In this document: positions 22,430 to 32,126 of the stretch, piece by piece
Position numbering within the stretch: the first letter of the stretch is position 1
How the letters are laid out: the number at the start of each line of letters is the position of its first letter
NCBI GenBank assembly: GCA_964019335.1
Contig: OZ025653.1
Coordinates: forward strand, 558,001-622,000
Length of the DNA: 64,000 nucleotides
Source: Diplonema japonicum
Taxonomy: Eukaryota > Protista > Euglenozoa: Diplonemea
Reading direction: 5' to 3'
Translations under genes and position numbers: made by a program
Notes under the pieces: generated by a model
What the model saw: only the letters and a program-made list of their open reading frames with translations
The model's database searches: none
Told to the model about the DNA's origin: nothing

Positions 22430-23320
22430 TTAACATTCGCACTGCCTCGGGCACCGCCCTACAAGCAAACACGTGCCGCACGCACTGCATGCTGGCATTT
22501 GAAGTGGTGCGTCATCCACACACCGCGCGCAGTTACATTCAAACCCGTAAGGCATCAGGGCCTTCCGTCGTTCGTTTTTAGGTTTCGATGGGTTGCAATA
22601 CGACAGTACAAGCTCGTCGCCTTTGTTAACATCGGCGGCGGCGGAGAAGCATGCTGCTGTGCTCTTCGTATGCGTGCGCACGACATTCGGGGTGCAGGAG
22701 TGGTTCATGAAGGATGCAGCGGGGTACAAAGCGGTCGAGCCACCGGGCAGCGAGAAGGCGTTGCATCTAATCGCCGATTGAAGCCGCCAAAGGAAAGTGG
22801 ATAAACCCCGCCCTGTCACGGGGAGGCTGTTCGGTCGGTTGAGATCTGAGCTGATGGCTGCATAGAGATCAAGCCATACAGGAGCGCGGGGTGGGTGAGC
22901 ATCCTTCCCGATACACAAATTTGTAATACCGCACACAGGTTTTGAGATCACGGTGTGGCTAGGGATGGAAGGAAAACCATGCGACACCACACGCCTGACT
23001 TGTTTGGAGGTACTGTGCAGCTGCGAAAAACAAAGAACACCGAAGAGAATTTTATCGTCCGTTGTGTGCTGTTGTGCAACGTGCAGCACACCGCACCTAC
23101 GTTCATGTCGTTGATCACGTTCCCGACACACAGCAGTGCACCACCCTGCCTTGCACCTACCACACACATCAACTACATCATTTGACAAGCAGCTCCAACA
23201 GCACCCACCCGGTACGTATAAACACGCAGGCTCCACAGTTCCTATCGCTTCGCCTACGTTGTACTGCTTGGTCGCGTGTGCCGCACGGCCTTTGTCCACA
23301 GATGGCCGGATTGATGCCAT
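22430..23320 (-). CDS. SET-domain (SMYD-like) protein
   Basis: KGRAAHATK pre-SET segment, Cys-rich MYND-like insert, SFMNHSCTPN, GDELVLSY, YGFECNCARC post-SET. Confidence 0.85.
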   Translation of the reverse strand: MASIRPSVDKGRAAHATKQYNVGEAIGTVEPACLYVPGGCCWSCLSNDVVDVCGRCKAGWCTAVCRERDQRHERRCGVLHVAQQHTTDDKILFGVLCFSQLHSTSKQVRRVVSHGFPSIPSHTVISKPVCGITNLCIGKDAHPPRAPVWLDLYAAISSDLNRPNSLPVTGRGLSTFLWRLQSAIRCNAFSLPGGSTALYPAASFMNHSCTPNVVRTHTKSTAACFSAAADVNKGDELVLSYCNPSKPKNERRKALMPYGFECNCARCVDDAPLQMPACSACGTCLLVGRCPRQCEC

Positions 23321-23385
23321 ATGGCTTCGAATAGTTGTCCCTTGAAGAAAAGGTGGGGGGAGTGGTGGTTGGTGGGGGAACTGTA

Positions 23386-24146
23386 CTATTTTTTCGCGCG
23401 GGCCCATTCGACAAAATCATCTATCAGAACAGGATACGGACCGTCTGGCTCGTGCGCTGCAAGGCTTTCCGTGCTGTTTGGGGTGATTTTTTTTATTTGA
23501 TCCTTCTTAAAAACACAAACCTCGCAGCGAATTCATAAAGTTGTTTCCATAAGTCTCTCGATACGCCACGTGACTTGAACGGTTCAGCCGTTTCGACATA
23601 CGTAGTCCATTCCTTGAGGTATTTGAACCTTTTTGCAAGCAGTTTTTGCCAATATTCCATTGCAATTGAAGGATCCATGTGCTTCCCTCTATCCTCCCGC
23701 AGGAAATCGTAGAGGTAACCGTAGAACTCACCGAAGACCTCTGGTGTCCCACCGACCTCTTCCTTGAGCTGGGTGAACAAGCTGCGGAGTTTCACATGGG
23801 AAGTGACCTTGGCATTGGTGAGGCCGTGGAACCACTCCCCTCGTTGGATGCCCCATGACAAGCAGCTTTGCAGTTTCCAAGGCAGCAATAGGATAGTAAC
23901 TTCGTCAGTGACACCCAGGTCTTCTCCCATCAGTATGATGCCTTTCTTCCATATTACATCTCGCTCGTCGGCGTCTCTAGTCATGTCCCGATACTTATCG
24001 AACATCACCTCTAGGTCTGTTTTCGCTCTATGTGCAAAACCAGCGTTCCCGTTGCCGTTGTTGCCCCCTGTTCCTATTGACGATGCTTTCTTCTTCAAGG
24101 CAGGTTTTTCCGCGCCGTCTTTATTGGATTTCCGACGGGTGTCCAT
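23386..24146 (-). CDS. DCN1: DCN1-like cullin neddylation protein; intron 23474-23520
   Basis: FGEFYGYLYDF, AMEYWQKLL, VSRDLWKQLYEF. The spliced last exon gives DGPYPVLIDDFVEWARAKK*, the DCN1 C-terminal signature. Confidence 0.85.
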
Positions 24147-24792
24147 TTGTTCTTTTTTTCTTTTCTTTTTTTTTTTCTTCTTTTTGCTCGCACCCTACGG
24201 GAGGAATATAGTTTGTTTTTCTTCAAAACAAAAAGAAGTAAAAATAAAAATAAATAAAGCAGAAAGGGAGAAGAATAAGAAAAGATACAGCTAGGGGTTA
24301 TTTCTTTTTTTTTTTTTAGAGTTCATGGAGCCCATGGAAAAACAAGAAAGTGAAAAAGATTGTGGGGAAAAAAAAAGAGAAGATGAAGGGGAACAAAAGA
24401 CAAACAAGAAGAAAGCCACGTAGGGGGAAGGTGGTTTTGCTTCATTTGCCTTTCTTTTGTCTTGTCTCCCTCTCTTTTTTCATCTTTTTTCCACAACCGT
24501 CTTCTTCATATGTCCTTCATAGAGTCCTGCCTCCTGTTTTGCGGCGACACGTCACCGTCAGTCAAAAGGAATAGTAAGGAAATACAAGTTTTGGGAAATA
24601 TGTTGTAACCGAACTTATGTCGGGTAGACCTTATTTCGGACCGGGGAAATTATAAGATTAGCTTATTACTTCTTTCGCTCAAGTGCTTTTTTTCGGTTCA
24701 ACATATTCCCGGGTCAAGAAAATAATAATAAAAAAAAAAAACAAAAAAAACAGTTCACATGTCATTTTGTACGCTCAAACAATGAGACGAGA

Positions 24793-25386
24793 TCAGAACA
24801 GCCTGTTGATCTCCTCAACACCAGCCTTCAGGGCTCCTTCCGCATCCTTGGCCGTGTCTTCAGCACGAATAAAAGTAATGTCCGTGAGGCCCACGAAACC
24901 GAGAAGCTGTGTCAGATAAGGTGTGAGGGTGTCGTATGGCTTGCCTGCGTAGGCACCACCACTTGCGACAAGAACGTAGACCTTCTTCCCCTTGAGGAGA
25001 CCTGCGGGTCCTGTTGCGGTGTAGTTGAAGGTAACCCCAGCACGGAGGAGGCGGTCAATCCAGGCCTTGAGGGTGGACGGGACTCCAAAGTTGTACATGG
25101 AGACGGACAAGGCAAGGACATCTGCGTCCTGTACCTCCTTGATGATTTCATCGGACACCGCCGCAAGTCGTTTCTGTTCTGCCGTCCGCTCCCCTTCAGG
25201 AACACTCCATGCCCCCATCTCTTCACTGCTCAGGTGGGCGAGAGGTTTTGCCCCCACATCGCGAATGGTGGGCTTCACACCCCCACCCAGCTGCGATAGG
25301 AACGCCTCTGCAAGCCTGTTCGAGCACCCCTTCTCCCCGTTCATGCTGCTCTTCACAACAAGTACCTTCTGCATTGTCTTCGACAT
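24793..25386 (-). CDS. azoR: FMN-dependent NADH azoreductase (AzoR/AcpD, flavodoxin-2 family), copy 1
   Basis: KVLVVKSS, MYNFGVPSTLKAWID, RAGVTF.YT..GP.GLL, ASGG.Y. Intronless. Confidence 0.9.
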   Translation of the reverse strand: MSKTMQKVLVVKSSMNGEKGCSNRLAEAFLSQLGGGVKPTIRDVGAKPLAHLSSEEMGAWSVPEGERTAEQKRLAAVSDEIIKEVQDADVLALSVSMYNFGVPSTLKAWIDRLLRAGVTFNYTATGPAGLLKGKKVYVLVASGGAYAGKPYDTLTPYLTQLLGFVGLTDITFIRAEDTAKDAEGALKAGVEEINRLF

Positions 25387-25583
25387 CTTGGGGATGAGTT
25401 GAGTTGGAAGAGTTGTGGATAAATCTTTTTTTTTTTCCGTAAATGAATGTGCGAGAAGGAGCGAGATATTAAAAATAAAGATGACCCCACAGAGGATGTC
25501 ACAAAGGGAGGAAAGAAGTTGTTGTACTTCAAACGAAAAAGAAAAAAAAAAGGAAAAAAAAAGGAAAAAAAAAGGAAAAAAAA

Positions 25584-25626
25584 GATGTCTTTGAGGGAAC
25601 CTGCACTATGTGACAGGATCGCCTAA
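25584..25626 (-). repeat. Dispersed about 40-nt hairpin motif; other copies about 4372-4410, 7671-7710, 8485-8527
   Basis: Minus-strand consensus GGCGATCCTGTC-RYRYANYG-CAGGYTCCYTTCAAAKACA followed by a T-run, four copies in the same orientation. Confidence 0.75.
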
Positions 25627-26032
25627 AAAAGATAAAAAGAAAAAGCAGCAAGGGCGGAGAAGAATAAGATCCAGCTAGATTGTTTAAAGGAAATGTTTTA
25701 GAGTTCATGGAAACCATGGAAAAACAAGAAAGTCAAAAAGGACTGTGGGGAAAAAAAAGAGAGAAGATAGAATAGAAAGACTAAACAAGAGGAAAGCCAC
25801 GTAGGGGGAGGGTGGTTTTGCTTTCATCTGCCTTTCGTGTTTCCCTTCTTCTTTTTTCATCTTTTTCCACAGCCGTCTTCTCTTGTCCCTTCATAGAGAG
25901 TCCTGCCTCCTGTTTTGCGGCGACACGTCACCAGTCAAAAGGGAAATAAAATATTTTGGGAATATGTTGAAACCGAAAGCATGCCGGGTAGACTTTATTT
26001 CGGAGACTCGGGAAATTATAAGATTAGATTAT

Positions 26033-26076
<44 letters not shown>

Positions 26077-26152
26077 CAACTTGGGGCTTTTCTCGGTTCA
26101 ACATATTCCCGAATAAGGAAATTAACAAACAACATGACTTAATGAGACGAGA

Positions 26153-26749
26153 TCAGAACAGCCTGTTGATCTCCTCAACACCAGCCCTCAGGGCTCCTTC
26201 CGCATCCTTGGCCGTGTCTTCAGCACGAATAAAAGTAATATCCGTGAGGCCCACGAGACTGAGAAGATTTGTCAGATAAGGTGTGAGGGTGTCGTATGGC
26301 TTGCCTGCGTAGGCACCACCACTTGCGACAAGAACGTAGACCTTCTTCCCCTTCTTGAGGAGACCTGCGGGTCCTGTTGCGGTGTAGCCGAAGGTAACCC
26401 CAGCACGGAGGAGGCGGTCAATCCAGGCCTTGAGGGTGGACGGGACTCCAAAGTTGTACATGGAGACGGACAAGGCAAGGACATCTGCGTCCTGTACCTC
26501 CTTGATGATTTCATCGGACACCGCCGCAAGTCGTTTCTGCTCTGCCGTCCGCTCCCCTTCAGGAACACTCCATGCCCCCATCTCTTCACTGCTCAGGTGG
26601 GCGAGAGGCTTCGCCCCCACGTCGCGAATGGTGGGCTTCACACCCCCACCCAGCTGCGATAGGAACGCCTCTGCAAGCCTGTTCGAGCACCCCTTCTCCC
26701 CGTTCATGCTGCTCTTCACAACAAGTACCTTCTGCATTGTCTTCGACAT
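26153..26749 (-). CDS. azoR: FMN-dependent NADH azoreductase, tandem copy 2
   Basis: Near-identical to copy 1; the 3' flank is duplicated too. Confidence 0.9.
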   Translation of the reverse strand: MSKTMQKVLVVKSSMNGEKGCSNRLAEAFLSQLGGGVKPTIRDVGAKPLAHLSSEEMGAWSVPEGERTAEQKRLAAVSDEIIKEVQDADVLALSVSMYNFGVPSTLKAWIDRLLRAGVTFGYTATGPAGLLKKGKKVYVLVASGGAYAGKPYDTLTPYLTNLLSLVGLTDITFIRAEDTAKDAEGALRAGVEEINRLF

Positions 26750-26849
26750 CTTGGGGATGAGTTGGGTTGGAAGAGTCTTGTGGATAAACCTTTATTTTAT
26801 TTACTCCGTTTCCATTAATGGGATCACGACGCAGTATAGCAATGAGATA

Positions 26850-27605
26850 TAAAAAAAAGAAAGTACAAAGAAGAAGAATGACTTTGGTTGCTTCATAAAC
26901 CGCCTGGCGTACGAGCAACTTCTTAACCGCGCTAGCGGATGTTGCTGCCCTTCTGTGCTGAAGGATGCATGGCTGCGGGAAGGGTGGACTGCGTTCTGGT
27001 AGGTTGTTGTGCAGGCACGAAGGGGTCGGACCACTCTTTTCTCTGTGCAGTCGGTACTGCGCATTGTCCTTCCAAGATTTCGCACGTTCTGCTGGATGCG
27101 AATTTCGGCCTTCCTGTGTACCCCTTCAATCGCTTGGGTGCACCTATCGATCGTAATGCCACGGATTCTGTTATTTCCCTGGGCATGAATGGCTTTGGTG
27201 CGTGTGCCTCGGCTGCGCCCATCAGCTTTTCTATTATTTTTGCCAATCGGTTGGCCCTCTTGGTGCTGTCGTCTTGTCTGCCTAAAACGTACACCCCACT
27301 CGTTAGCTCGAAGTCTATCACTAGCTCTAGTCTAGTCACCGACCCCTGCTTATTGCACTTTGTTTTGTATGTATTTTGACACGTGCCGCATCGTGTGGTT
27401 GAAGCCGGAGACCTCCATCGACAAGGCAGCGGAGACGGCCCGCATCATGAAAGACATGAACCCACTCGGGGTGGCAGTCAACCGTAAGTACACGGTGCCA
27501 GAAATAAGATGGTTCCGTAAACACTTGAAGATGAACTTCATGGGAGCACAGATAGTGCCGGAAGTAATCAAGTGGCTTACGAAATTAGAATGGATTAGAA
27601 TGGTA
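26850..27605 (-). mobile_element. Truncated retroposon-like relic with an inverted 5' segment (boundaries approximate)
   Basis: Minus ORF 26932-27339 (LELVIDFE..LRSIG..G...R..FAS) and plus ORF 27360-27659 (VIKWLTKLEW) match consecutive parts of ORF 29154-29924. Confidence 0.55.
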
Positions 27606-27875
27606 ACAAAAAAGAAGCATTCCTTCCTCTTTTTTTCTTGTCTCCGAGAACGAGGATAGTTTTGTTTTTTTTTTTTTTTTTTTGCACACTGTAAACCGTA
27701 AAAGGAAAATGTCCGGAAACCCTGGCAGACCGGATGATCTTCCTTCCGTACATTTTTCCTTTGCAGGCTTTTTCGAATCAAAAAATAACTTCAAGACTTT
27801 AGCACCTTTTGCCCTGTTCGCCCATGCCAGTGAAAATCTGGAATCTGGTTATAATGGTTGCTAATGTTCATCAAT

Positions 27876-28901
27876 TTACTTCAATCCCTGGACCCTTATA
27901 AACTTCGAAATGAACTTGCCCCACTCGTCTCGATCCTGCACGGGTGGTTGAAAACAAAATACAGAAGAAAAAAAAAACACACATACTCCTTTGGTGTTGC
28001 ACCTAAGCAACTGGGTTTGGAAACTTTTCGCCTTGGGATCGAAGAAACTAACTGAGAAATACACAGATGCGTCAGTCTTCTCATCTATCTTGGGGTGATC
28101 CCCTGGCATCAGAGAGATATTACAAGAAGACCTGTGAGGGACTGTACTCCCCCTCGAGTTTGTTTCAAGAACAACGAACTGTATAGACATGGCGGATTTC
28201 GCGGTGGGGTCGTACTGGTTTTTTTTTTTTTTTCTTTCTTTCTTTTCCTCGCTTCATACTGTTATCCCCCCTGCGGTACTTCCTCTGCCCTGTGGCGCGG
28301 ATTTGTAAAAGAAAAGCCCTTCCGCTCTTGCAACAAGAAAGCCTTTTGTTTCGTTCCATCCTTTGAGCTTGCCTTTCACGTAGTACTGAGGTTTTTTTGG
28401 GACTCGGAAAATTTTAAAATATACCTTTATGTCACCTCCCTTTTCCTTCGCGGGGTCGGACTTTTGGGCCTCCACTCGGGCCTTTTCCTCGACTTCTCGT
28501 TGTTCTTTTTTCTGCTGTTGTTCTTGCTCCCTTTGCCTCTTCAGCTCTGCAGGGTTCAGAGAAGCTTGTTTCTGTTCCTCTTCACCTGTAGAAGGTTGTT
28601 CTGAAATAACACTGGCAATCCGTTGTGGGCCGTTTTTCCTAGCCTTTTTAACTGTGATCTGACCCACAGTGGATGTGCCTACAGTCGATGCTGTTCCTGC
28701 ACTTACTGTCGAACTAGAGTCGCCAAGATCATCGGCGGTGGTGGTGGCCAGTTGTTCCTTTAGTTTCGATAGCTCCTTGATCTTCGTCTCCTCTCTTTCC
28801 AACTCACGTTTTTTTCTCTCCTTTTTGCTGTGTTCCAGCTGCAGTTGCAGCAGCTTTAATTCATTCTTGACTTCTTCCTCCAAGCTGTAAGCTTCAGTCA
28901 T
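27876..28901 (-). CDS. Coiled-coil + PH-like domain protein with two short introns
   Basis: Start MTEAYSLEEE, coiled coil, then a beta-rich region ending DRDEWGKFISKF. GTATG..CAG introns near 28216-28259 and 27937-27985 link ORFs 28254-29054 and 27876-28190. Confidence 0.6.
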
Positions 28902-29099
28902 TGTTTGCTTTTTTTCCCCCCCTCTTTTCTTCTTCTTTTTTTTTTTCTTCCACCAACTACTATAGCATTTTTTTTTCTTGTATTCTTTTTTTTTTTTTTT
29001 GTCTTTCTGTCCCCTTCCTCCCCCCCCTTCTTGTTGTATTTTTTTTGTTTTCATTTTATCCCCCCGGGCTCACTAGCATGTCACATTGGCCTCAAAAAA

Positions 29100-29930
29100 A
29101 ATTCACTATGATAGGAACGAAGTGGTTAGCAACGGCCCGCCGCGGTGGCGTGCCTACCTTATGATGCTCCCCTTTTGGGGTCGTTCCCTGCTACCCACCG
29201 TAGTGCCTAGCTGTCGTTTATATCTTCCAATCCTTTCTTTCCGGTAATCTTCTCTCAGTCCTTTCAGCTTGGTCGCCGTCAGCCCCGATGCAAACAGGGC
29301 CCTCCTATCAAAGCCAACGACGTGGTCGCGGCCAATGGATCGTAGTGATCTCACGTTCTTGCATGACTGCGCCGGAAAAGCGCGCCTCCTCTTCTCCCTC
29401 ATCCATGTCGCTTGCAGCGTATCCAGGATCCGCTTGATCCTCACCGCCTTCTTGTCGATGTCAATCGTCGTGTTGATGTTAACCCCCAGCGTCTTCTTCG
29501 TGTAGCACTCGAAGTCAATCGCCAGCTCGATCGCCGACACGGACGTTCCCTCCTCCGCCCACCGCAGCGCAGCCAGCCATCTCAGCACCTGATCACCATA
29601 CTCCCTGAGCTGCGGGGTCAGCTTGAGCTTGTACAGTTCCACAACCTTTGGCGCCTCGAAACGCCTTCCTTGAGTCGTCACCACCCACGGCGGTTCCTTC
29701 TCAACCGCGAACCGCTTCACCGCCAGAGCATCGTCCCTGCGCCTCACCACCTCTGCCAAATACCTCTGCAGCCTCTCCAAACCGCGGAACACGACCTTCC
29801 TCGGGAGAATCCCGTGCAGCTCCAAACAGATCGGCCACCTTTCGCTCCTGACCAGACCGTTATATACCTCCTTCTTCTGCACCTCCAATGCGACCTCGCA
29901 CTCCCAAAGCTGGTGTCGCAGCAACCTAAC
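29100..29930 (-). mobile_element. 5'-truncated retroposon-like relic (C-terminal ORF region plus 3' end)
   Basis: GC-rich open frame with no clear ATG, homologous to the relic at 26850-27605. Its last 38 nt recur identically at 63229-63266. No RT domain in the window, so class is inferred. Confidence 0.55.
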
Positions 29931-30440
29931 TGTGCTGCCCTTCGCAGCATCACAGACGTCGCAATTGAGCGAAAAAAGAAAGAGTTGGTGCTAAGCAGCT
30001 TTCGCAGTGCATATGGCACAAATCTGCATGTCACCACTACTCTTTTGGTTTTCTCTGATGCAAAAACTGGCCTTCTGTTCCATCCTGGTATCCGAGGCAG
30101 ACAAAAAAAAAAAAGTAATGAAAAGAGAACAATAAATAAATAAATAAAGAAACAGGAGGGTGCTTATCTATGGGAAGAAAAAAAATTTGAAGAACAAAAA
30201 GAAACTAAAGGAAGCTGACTGAACTTCCTAACTTTCCTCCTCTCTCTAACCCCCATCTTGACGACACTTTTTTTTTTTTTTTTTTTTTTTTTTTGATAAA
30301 TACTGGATGCACCCCCTCAATACAAAGAGGGAAAAAGGGGGGAAGGGGGGACAAGGACAGAGGAACGAAAGAAAAAGTGAAAGAAAACAGTAAAAAAAAA
30401 AAAACAAAACAAAAAAAAAAAGGGGGCCAGGATAGCAGTC

Positions 30441-31259
30441 TTAGTTGAACTCGTCATCCTCGTCGGGGAGGGGCATTGCTGCGGCGGCGGCGGTCTCCTC
30501 GATCATCGCCTTCTTCTGCGCTTCCGACATCGATACCTCCTCCCTCTGTTTGTGTGTTGTGTTACGTTGTGTTGTGTTGTTCCCTCCCTTCCCCTTTCCC
30601 CGTACCTGCAGAACGATCTGCTCAGTCAACTGAAGGTTGTTGTCGTTGGCGAGCTTCTTCGCCAGCCACAGGAAGGGCTTCTCGAAGTTGTAGTTCGACT
30701 TCGCGGAGATGTCGTAGTACTGAAGGTTCTTCTTTCTGTGGAAAGTGATCTGCTTTGCCTTCACGGTCCTCTCCATCACGTCCACCTTGTTCCCCACAAG
30801 CACCAGAGGGATGTTCTCGCACACCCTCACAACGTCCCTGTGCCAGTTGGGCACGTTCTTGTATGTCTGACGCGAGGTCACGTCGAACATGATGATCCCG
30901 CAGTTCCCTTGAATGTAGTACCCGTCACTGTGGTGTGGTGGTGGTGGTGGTGGTGGTTAATTTCTTTTCTTGAATTCTTTTTTCCTTCTCTCATACCGGA
31001 GACCACCGTACTTCTCCTGTCCTGCTGTGTCCCACACATTGAAGCAGATCAGACCGTGGGTGGTGTGGAAGGTAAGGGGGTGCACCTGTGTGTGGTTGGA
31101 GTGGGGTTTCTGAATCACATCCACTCATACCTCCACGCCGACTGTCGGGATGTACTTCTTCTCGAACTCACCGCTCTGGTGACGCTTCACGAAGGTGGTC
31201 TTACCGGTACCACCGTCACCCACCAACACGAGCTTGAAGCTGGCAACAGGTGCACTCAT
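30441..31259 (-). CDS. RAN: Ran GTPase copy 1; introns 31086-31130, 30928-30996, 30546-30605
   Basis: [57 protein letters not shown], acidic tail PDEDDEFN. Confidence 0.97.
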
Positions 31260-31351
31260 TTTATTTTCAAGTGTGTGCTCCTGTGTTTTCTTTTTTCACT
31301 TGCTTTTTTTCCCCCTTCTTCTTGTGTTTTGGCTTCTTCAAAATCTTTGAG

Positions 31352-31425
31352 TCAGATCTTGGTTGTATTTTTGGAATTAGATTAATCAAAACAACGTTCA
31401 TACGCCAGGTAAAGGTGTGCATCAT
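31352..31425 (-). ncRNA. C/D snoRNA module E (6 copies in window)
   Basis: Box C ATGATGC, D' ATGA, C' TTGATTA, D CTGA. D guide TACAACCAAGAT pairs with the conserved LSU GAUCUUGGU(G/U)GUA segment, the U24 target region. Confidence 0.75.
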
Positions 31426-31610
31426 CTTAAGGAAGACGGGTGGAGGAAAAATAATTCTTTATGGCTATATGTCTTTGTTGTTCGCACGAGCAAAAAAGGT
31501 TTTTAAAAAGCTGCGAAGGTTTTTTGCTCGGGTTCCGGGTTTACAAAAAAAAAAAAAAAAACTCATTTGGCGCTTCATTTGTGTGCACGAGTGGGAATAG
31601 AAAAAAGAGA

Positions 31611-31734
31611 GAAGCTCAGTCCCGACACCTTGCTGCAATGTCGTCAGTGTTGAGGGTAAGTCTTTTCCCTTCAGTCAGGTGGCTCATGCTCTGCAGAACT
31701 GAACCTGTTGTCTGTCATGTCGATCATTCGCTTC
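31611..31734 (-). ncRNA. C/D snoRNA module A (11 full copies; target uncertain)
   Basis: Terminal stem GAAGC/GCTTC, variant box C ATGATCG or ATGATTG, D' CTGA, internal stem TGAAGG/CCTTCA, C' CTGACGA, D CTGA. Confidence 0.7.
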
Positions 31735-31790
31735 ATCTCTTCCTACATTTCCTTGGCAGGTGTTGCAAAAAGACAAAACGGGAAAAAAAA

Positions 31791-31884
31791 GGTGTTCAGA
31801 CAGCCCGTCGTTTTTGTCACCAGAGGCAACACCGAAGTGAGCAGTAAGGCATCAGCTTGCAAATACGAACAGTTTCATCACCAC
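31791..31884 (-). ncRNA. C/D snoRNA module B, snR70/SNORD43-like (8 copies, one degenerate)
   Basis: Box C GTGATGA, D' and D CTGA. D guide AACGACGGGCTGT pairs with SSU ACCGCCCGUCGUU; D+5 falls on the decoding-site C (yeast Cm1639 equivalent). Confidence 0.85.
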
Positions 31885-31926
31885 ACACAGCCGTCCACCA
31901 CACCAATGCTTGGAGATGGTCGATGC

Positions 31927-32012
31927 AAGTCAGTTGAAATAGTAGTAGAAATAGGTATCCTCAGAAGAGTACTTCAGACATATGCTTGTTTTGATTTGAG
32001 TTGGCATCACAT
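31927..32012 (-). ncRNA. C/D snoRNA module C, snR74/SNORD27-like (5 copies)
   Basis: Box C GTGATGC, C' CTGAGGA. D' guide AACAAGCATATG pairs with SSU 5' CAUAUGCUUGUU; D'+5 falls on the yeast Am28 equivalent. Confidence 0.85.
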
Positions 32013-32055
32013 AGAAAACACTATTTACCACAAAAAAAAAGAGTTCTGGGAATTC

Positions 32056-32126
32056 TTCTCTGGGGAGTTTGGGTGTGCGTGCGGTTCCATATCCGGAAGG
32101 GACGCGACCGTTAAACGCCCGATGGA
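32056..32126 (-). ncRNA. Single-hairpin H/ACA-like (AGA-box) RNA, module D (8 full copies, 1 truncated)
   Basis: About 70 nt, basal stem GGGCGTTT/AAACTCCC, apical TTCC/GGAA stem, ends in AGA as trypanosome and Euglena guides do. Confidence 0.7.

Noticed and set aside
23386-23407. DCN1-SET fusion, or SET starting at 23407
   Set aside because: The DCN1 last exon stops at TAG 23388-23386 in another frame; ATG 23407 lies inside that exon.
31650-31665. ACUUACCU in module A resembling the U1 snRNA 5' end
   Set aside because: Internal and partly buried in the stem between D' and C'; no U1 stem-loops or Sm site recognised.
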